DNA of 64,000 nt, taken from Fibrobacterales bacterium (GTDB lineage Bacteria > Fibrobacterota > Fibrobacteria > Fibrobacterales > JAOPTW01). The notes beneath the pieces are model-generated. The model was given only the letters and a program-made list of their open reading frames with translations. It did no database searches and was not told the DNA's origin. Within the stretch, counting starts at the first letter, position 1, and the number at the start of each line of letters is the position of its first letter. Below are positions 59,625 to 64,000 of the stretch, one piece after another. Where the stretch lies: the NCBI GenBank assembly GCA_051532035.1, contig JAOPTW010000013.1, forward strand, positions 224,001 to 288,000. Direction: 5' to 3'. The position numbers and the translations under genes are program-made.

Positions 59625-60578
59625 ATGAAACAACTACTCATACCAGCTTTTGCTCTTCTTACATTAGCAATAGCACCTGCAAACGCAGCATATCAAGGCT
59701 ATTTTCAAATCTCAAAAGCAACCAATGACACCAAATGTATTGATGTTACAGGTGCATCGAGCCAAGACGGCGCAAATGTACAACAGTATGATTGTAACAA
59801 TACACCTGCACAGCAGTGGGAATTTAATGAAATCGAAACCGATGTATATACAATACGAAACACCGGCTCAGGTAAACTCCTTGACGTAGAAGGCTGGGGT
59901 CAGGGTGAGAATGTGCAACAATGGGGCACCGAAGTAAACTCTCAAGGAAAAAAATGGAAAGTTGTACCTATTACAGATGGTGTCGTAACGATTAGACCTA
60001 TGAGTAGCCTATATAAATGTCTTTCTATCGTTGATGGGAGCGACAATAACGGTACAAATGTTATTTCACATAAATGCATGAATAGTGAACATGGAAAAGC
60101 ATTCTGGATTGAACACTCTAAAAACACAGAGATTATAGATGGTCCTTTTAAAATGAAAAATTTGTTGAGTAAAAAATGTGCTGACCTCTTTGAAGATCAA
60201 CAACATGATGGGGCTGATGTTATTCAAGATGATTGTGCCAATACTCCTGCACAAGTGTGGAATTTCACTCATATGGGTAATAGCGTCTACACCATTAGAA
60301 ATTCGTCAACAGGTCGTTTTCTCGATAAAGATCTCAACTCATACAACATCCAACAGTGGGGCACTTGGGACCCTCAAGCAAATCAACAGTGGAAAATTGT
60401 ACGTAACTACAATGGTACTTACAGCATGAGTCCTGCGAATGCAGAATCAGATTGTATGGAAGCACCGATAACTATCCCCGAAGGTAATACATCACTCGAA
60501 TCTGCAGCATGTATCAGTCAGATCAACAACTACTCTGACGAACTAAAAGCACAACAGTGGATGCTTTACAGAAACTAA
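59625..60578 (+). CDS. Secreted tandem ricin-B lectin protein, paralogue of 7054-7983
   Basis: CIDVTGASSQDGANVQQYDCNNTPAQQW; shares LDKDLNS-x-N with the paralogue. Confidence 0.88.
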   Translation: MKQLLIPAFALLTLAIAPANAAYQGYFQISKATNDTKCIDVTGASSQDGANVQQYDCNNTPAQQWEFNEIETDVYTIRNTGSGKLLDVEGWGQGENVQQWGTEVNSQGKKWKVVPITDGVVTIRPMSSLYKCLSIVDGSDNNGTNVISHKCMNSEHGKAFWIEHSKNTEIIDGPFKMKNLLSKKCADLFEDQQHDGADVIQDDCANTPAQVWNFTHMGNSVYTIRNSSTGRFLDKDLNSYNIQQWGTWDPQANQQWKIVRNYNGTYSMSPANAESDCMEAPITIPEGNTSLESAACISQINNYSDELKAQQWMLYRN

Positions 60579-60799
60579 AGAACAGGGCGAATTCTAATCT
60601 GAATTCGTCAATTATCTAAAACATATCGGTCGATGCTTCTCTCTATACCGCGCCCTTTGCCCCTGCGGGAGAGAAATCTCGACCTGATCATCGACCAATA
60701 GAATTCCACCCAAAATCAACATAGTTAGTATAAACCCAGCTCAACAAAATAAACTTATAAATTTATGTATGGAGCAATCAGAAAATATCAATAGCATAA

Positions 60800-61036
60800 T
60801 ATGCAAAAAAATTAAAAGCAACTCAATATACAATTGCAGCAATAAACGACTCACTGGTTACATTTAAAAAAAATGATTCCACTGGAATTTCTAAAGATGC
60901 AATAGATATCAACAAAAGATTTATACTTACGAGGGTTCTTCTAGCCAAAGACGGGCCTGCCCCATATACTCTTTTAGCAATAGCATCGAGTATATTTTTT
61001 GGATTAATAGCATTATTTGTAATTTCAACACTTTAA
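60800..61036 (+). pseudogene. Start-less open frame with a C-terminal TM segment; possible gene remnant
   Basis: 78 open codons ending ...LLAIASSIFFGLIALFVISTL, preceded by an in-frame TAA, with no ATG. Confidence 0.3.
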
Positions 61037-61112
61037 TTTATTTATAAACCGCTGCAGTGGCTGGTCTATCACTTTTGTTGTGGGTTTTATTGATACTCTG
61101 TTCGAAATGGAG

Positions 61113-61565
61113 TTATCGCACAACCAACACCATACCATCAACAGCCACCCCTTTCACAAACTGAATCTGATATTTTACCAAATCAGGCTTGATAGCAAAC
61201 TTCCAGTCTTGAACTATTCCGAGATCCGGATCAAGTTCGAAGCATTTAAACGTAATAGCCTCTACTTCAGGGAACTTTTGGTAGATACTCTCATTAACAG
61301 TACTTTTGAGGGTTTTCACTTTTATTTTGCCAAAGCTGCACTCTTCAAAATCACTATATAACGCTTTATTGATTGTTTTTTCTATCAGATACTGCTTTTG
61401 GAATTGCCATGACTCTGACATACGACTGGAATACTCTTTTTGGGATTGGAGAAAGAGCTGCCCCAGTAGGGTGAGTACTATTGCAGAAACTGCTATTGCA
61501 GCCATAAGCTCTATGAGGGTTACCCCTCTTTGACTACTACTGTATTGGCCTATACCTCTATTCAT
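61113..61565 (-). CDS. Prepilin-type pseudopilin (GspJ/PilW-like)
   Basis: QRG|VTLIELM N-methylation motif. Confidence 0.82.
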   Translation of the reverse strand: MNRGIGQYSSSQRGVTLIELMAAIAVSAIVLTLLGQLFLQSQKEYSSRMSESWQFQKQYLIEKTINKALYSDFEECSFGKIKVKTLKSTVNESIYQKFPEVEAITFKCFELDPDLGIVQDWKFAIKPDLVKYQIQFVKGVAVDGMVLVVR

Positions 61566-61899
61566 AGGTACACCCCACAAACCTTGATACGGTATCTTGA
61601 TCTCGATAAGCAGTCGCTGTATAGCAAGTCTCTTTTTGAGTAATGCCTACCTTGACGGTTGTCTCAAAGGGGCCAAAGCCATGAACCTCTATGGTTCCAG
61701 GGAATTTTGCAACCTCTTTGTGAAGTAACAATTGATAGCATTGGTCTCGTAATGCATTATCAACAGCATATCTTTTATAGACTCGTTGATTCATGGGGTT
61801 TTTATAGAGCCAATAACTCAGAGGCGTTGCCACCATCCCAACAATGGCAAGAGCAACTAAGGTCTCTACAAGGGTAAACCCACTATTACTCTTTTGCAT
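61558..61899 (-). CDS. Prepilin-type pseudopilin (GspI/PilV-like)
   Basis: NSG|FTLVETLVAL motif. Confidence 0.82.
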   Translation of the reverse strand: MQKSNSGFTLVETLVALAIVGMVATPLSYWLYKNPMNQRVYKRYAVDNALRDQCYQLLLHKEVAKFPGTIEVHGFGPFETTVKVGITQKETCYTATAYRDQDTVSRFVGCTYE

Positions 61900-63193
61900 C
61901 GTAATACTGCTCCTGAAAAAAGTAACGGGTATTTTTATCTAAAAATCTAGGGATTCTTATTTCTTCTTGCCCCAATGAGAGTTGTCCATCGAGTAAAAAG
62001 CCAACCCAATTCGTTCCATCTTTTAAGAACTTCAAGTTTTGACATATAACACTTCCCGATACTATTCCACGAATATCAACATAGCCTGTAGTATAAATGA
62101 GTCCATTGATATATGATATATTAGAGACTTTAACCTGTACATCATTTGCTTTTTCGCTTTTATACCCCCTACTAATGAAGGTTCCATTTCCATTGTACTC
62201 ATCTACAATAAGGCTCCCATGCACCTTTTTATTATAGCCTTCACCTTCTGAACGTCCATGAACATAGAAGTGGGCCGTATGGTCATTTTGTTTTCCTGTC
62301 TTAAGATAGAGAGAGTCTTGGGCGAGGAACTGACCATCGAGTGTGACATCGCCCGTAATAGAGAGAGAAGATTTACTGAAAATAAGGCTGTTTTCAATGA
62401 TTGCACCGTCTTGAATAACTACTTCGCCTCCATATACTCTACTATTCTTAATAATACTCCCTTCGCCAATGGTTATTCTCCCATTAGTATGGAGGGTCTG
62501 ATTATCTATTGTGGTGTTGGTATAAGAGCTGAGGCCCGTTGACTCCCAGCGCTGGGATACTTTCTTATTAAACCACTGATCAATTTCACTAAAATCATGG
62601 CCTATGTTATTCCAAATAGTGTGAGTGCTATCAAGGGAGTGTACATTAATGGGTCTACTCCCTCGATACCGCATACGGGAGTGAGTAGCTGCTTTTGCTC
62701 TTCCTCTCCAGAGTGCCACTGGACCATCTATCCAGGCTTGACCGGCCATTTTTATATTAGAATGTTTGTCGAGTATCACCAAAACTGGGGTTCTTTGGAG
62801 GTCTAAGAGTTGACCGACTTTGAAGAGTTTTTCTTCGCTTTGGTTTGGGGTTCCGGCACTGGTTACGCCTTCAATATTTGATTTTAAAAAGAGCCCTTCT
62901 TGTTCAAGGTCTACGGAATATCCCGTTGAATCGCTTGTGATCCATTTGGTATACTTGATAATGGGAATATTACGGTCTCGTAACCGTGATTTCACAAAGC
63001 TCTGAGCTGAGTGGAGCATTAAGTGGCTTTGAATTTCACTTCGATTTTTCAGCATAAACTGAGCGTCGTAGGTACGTTGTGTATATATAACTGAAATCAG
63101 AATAGAGAGGAGCGCTATAGTAGCGAGCACTCCTACTAAACTCATACCTGAGTTAGAAGGTACCCGATTAAAGCGGTCATTTTTTGATGACAA
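61886..63193 (-). CDS. Large minor pseudopilin (GspK/PilX-like)
   Basis: NSG|MSLVGVL lacking Glu5; beta-helix-like C-terminal region; overlaps neighbouring genes. Confidence 0.65.
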   Translation of the reverse strand: MSSKNDRFNRVPSNSGMSLVGVLATIALLSILISVIYTQRTYDAQFMLKNRSEIQSHLMLHSAQSFVKSRLRDRNIPIIKYTKWITSDSTGYSVDLEQEGLFLKSNIEGVTSAGTPNQSEEKLFKVGQLLDLQRTPVLVILDKHSNIKMAGQAWIDGPVALWRGRAKAATHSRMRYRGSRPINVHSLDSTHTIWNNIGHDFSEIDQWFNKKVSQRWESTGLSSYTNTTIDNQTLHTNGRITIGEGSIIKNSRVYGGEVVIQDGAIIENSLIFSKSSLSITGDVTLDGQFLAQDSLYLKTGKQNDHTAHFYVHGRSEGEGYNKKVHGSLIVDEYNGNGTFISRGYKSEKANDVQVKVSNISYINGLIYTTGYVDIRGIVSGSVICQNLKFLKDGTNWVGFLLDGQLSLGQEEIRIPRFLDKNTRYFFQEQYYDAKE

Positions 63194-63650
63194 AGGATTT
63201 ACCCTCTTTAAGTACTGTAATACTTTCCTGTGTAATCTTTTCTACCACAATATCGCCATACTTCTGACCAGGTTTTGCAAACTCGGTCTTGGCACCCATT
63301 TTGATGATTGCAACGGGTGATGATCCCCATAGAATAGCATCAATTTTAACAGCCGGGGGAGTAATTATCTTTTTAGGGGGTGCTTTTTTTACCACCCTTT
63401 TAACCCTTCTAATGACTCGTTTTTTCTTTTTCTGATGCAGATAGGGTTTAAAGGGATCTCTCAATGTACTGTCCAGAGAAGTCACCTCTCCTATCAGTTT
63501 ATCAGTACTAAAGGTAATAGCATTCTGGCTTGCCTCTCCATTATCAGCAAGTGAAGAAAATGGATTAAAGGTCGTTTGAGAGAACAAGAGATAGAGCACT
63601 ATACAAATAAGGAGTAGACTGAGTAACCCCATAGATCTTAAACTATTCAT
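63177..63650 (-). CDS. PilP/GspC-like assembly protein
   Basis: N-terminal TM, LRDPF, IDAILW...AII...G...VEKI. Confidence 0.65.
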   Translation of the reverse strand: MNSLRSMGLLSLLLICIVLYLLFSQTTFNPFSSLADNGEASQNAITFSTDKLIGEVTSLDSTLRDPFKPYLHQKKKKRVIRRVKRVVKKAPPKKIITPPAVKIDAILWGSSPVAIIKMGAKTEFAKPGQKYGDIVVEKITQESITVLKEGKSFVIKK

Positions 63651-64000
63651 GAGTCTCTCCTTTCGAAGATATACTGTCTACGATGATGCTATCAGTTACA
63701 ATGATCACTGAATCTTCTAATTCCTCTTCAGGATTATATATCACACTGTTTTCTGACTCTTTGAGTATGTACACACTGAGTTGGACTTCTGCAACAATCT
63801 TTGGCTTATGAATATCCTCAGCACCGAGATGTATCTTTTTGATATTCACTACCATATCAAGATTCTCAAGGCCAGCAAGGTACTCATGGAGTAATTTAAA
63901 GTATCCTTCGAGTTTGAGCTCAAAAGGGTGCTCAATAAAGTCCTGATGTTCGATGGTACTGAGAGAAAAGATATCGGTAATCTTAAGTTGTTTATTACGG
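63643..64000 (-). CDS. PilO/GspM-like assembly protein, 5' part outside the window
   Basis: Frame open from the window edge: ...FIEHPFELKLEGYFKLLHEYLAGLENL... Confidence 0.65.
   Translation of the reverse strand, partial: RNKQLKITDIFSLSTIEHQDFIEHPFELKLEGYFKLLHEYLAGLENLDMVVNIKKIHLGAEDIHKPKIVAEVQLSVYILKESENSVIYNPEEELEDSVIIVTDSIIVDSISSKGETHE

Overview
AT-rich bacterial chromosomal segment, most likely Fibrobacterota-like. This is inferred from two Fib_succ_major/FISUMP-type lipoproteins and many lipoproteins with long poly-Ser linkers. The window is dominated by secreted or surface proteins: two gingipain-family (C25) cysteine peptidases (one runs off the left edge and is absent from the ORF track), a CLCA-like vWA protein, a GH12-like glycoside hydrolase, a GH5 carrying four F-type lectin domains, three ricin-B lectin proteins, CBM56-like, LamG and CotH proteins. 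Signalling genes include a LytS/LytTR pair, a hybrid kinase with an HD-GYP regulator, a MASE1 kinase and a class III cyclase. A small accessory patch at about 9.9-15.1 kb holds an Imm32-like gene, an Rpn nuclease with a probable internal antitoxin start and a pacifastin-like lipoprotein. There is also a signal-peptide-less OmpA/peptidoglycan-binding plus metzincin gene pair, and the 3' end of a T2SS/T4P pseudopilin operon at the right edge. No rRNA, tRNA, CRISPR array, integrase or reverse transcriptase was seen. The best leads are a hairpin-dense ~430 nt intergenic candidate RNA (20.36-20.79 kb), the FISUMP/CLCA-like/C25 cluster with a degenerate zinc motif and a (CA)12 tract beside a putative promoter, structured leaders and CRP-like boxes upstream of secreted enzymes, and the F-lectin GH5. 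All family calls come from motif recognition by eye, not database searches.
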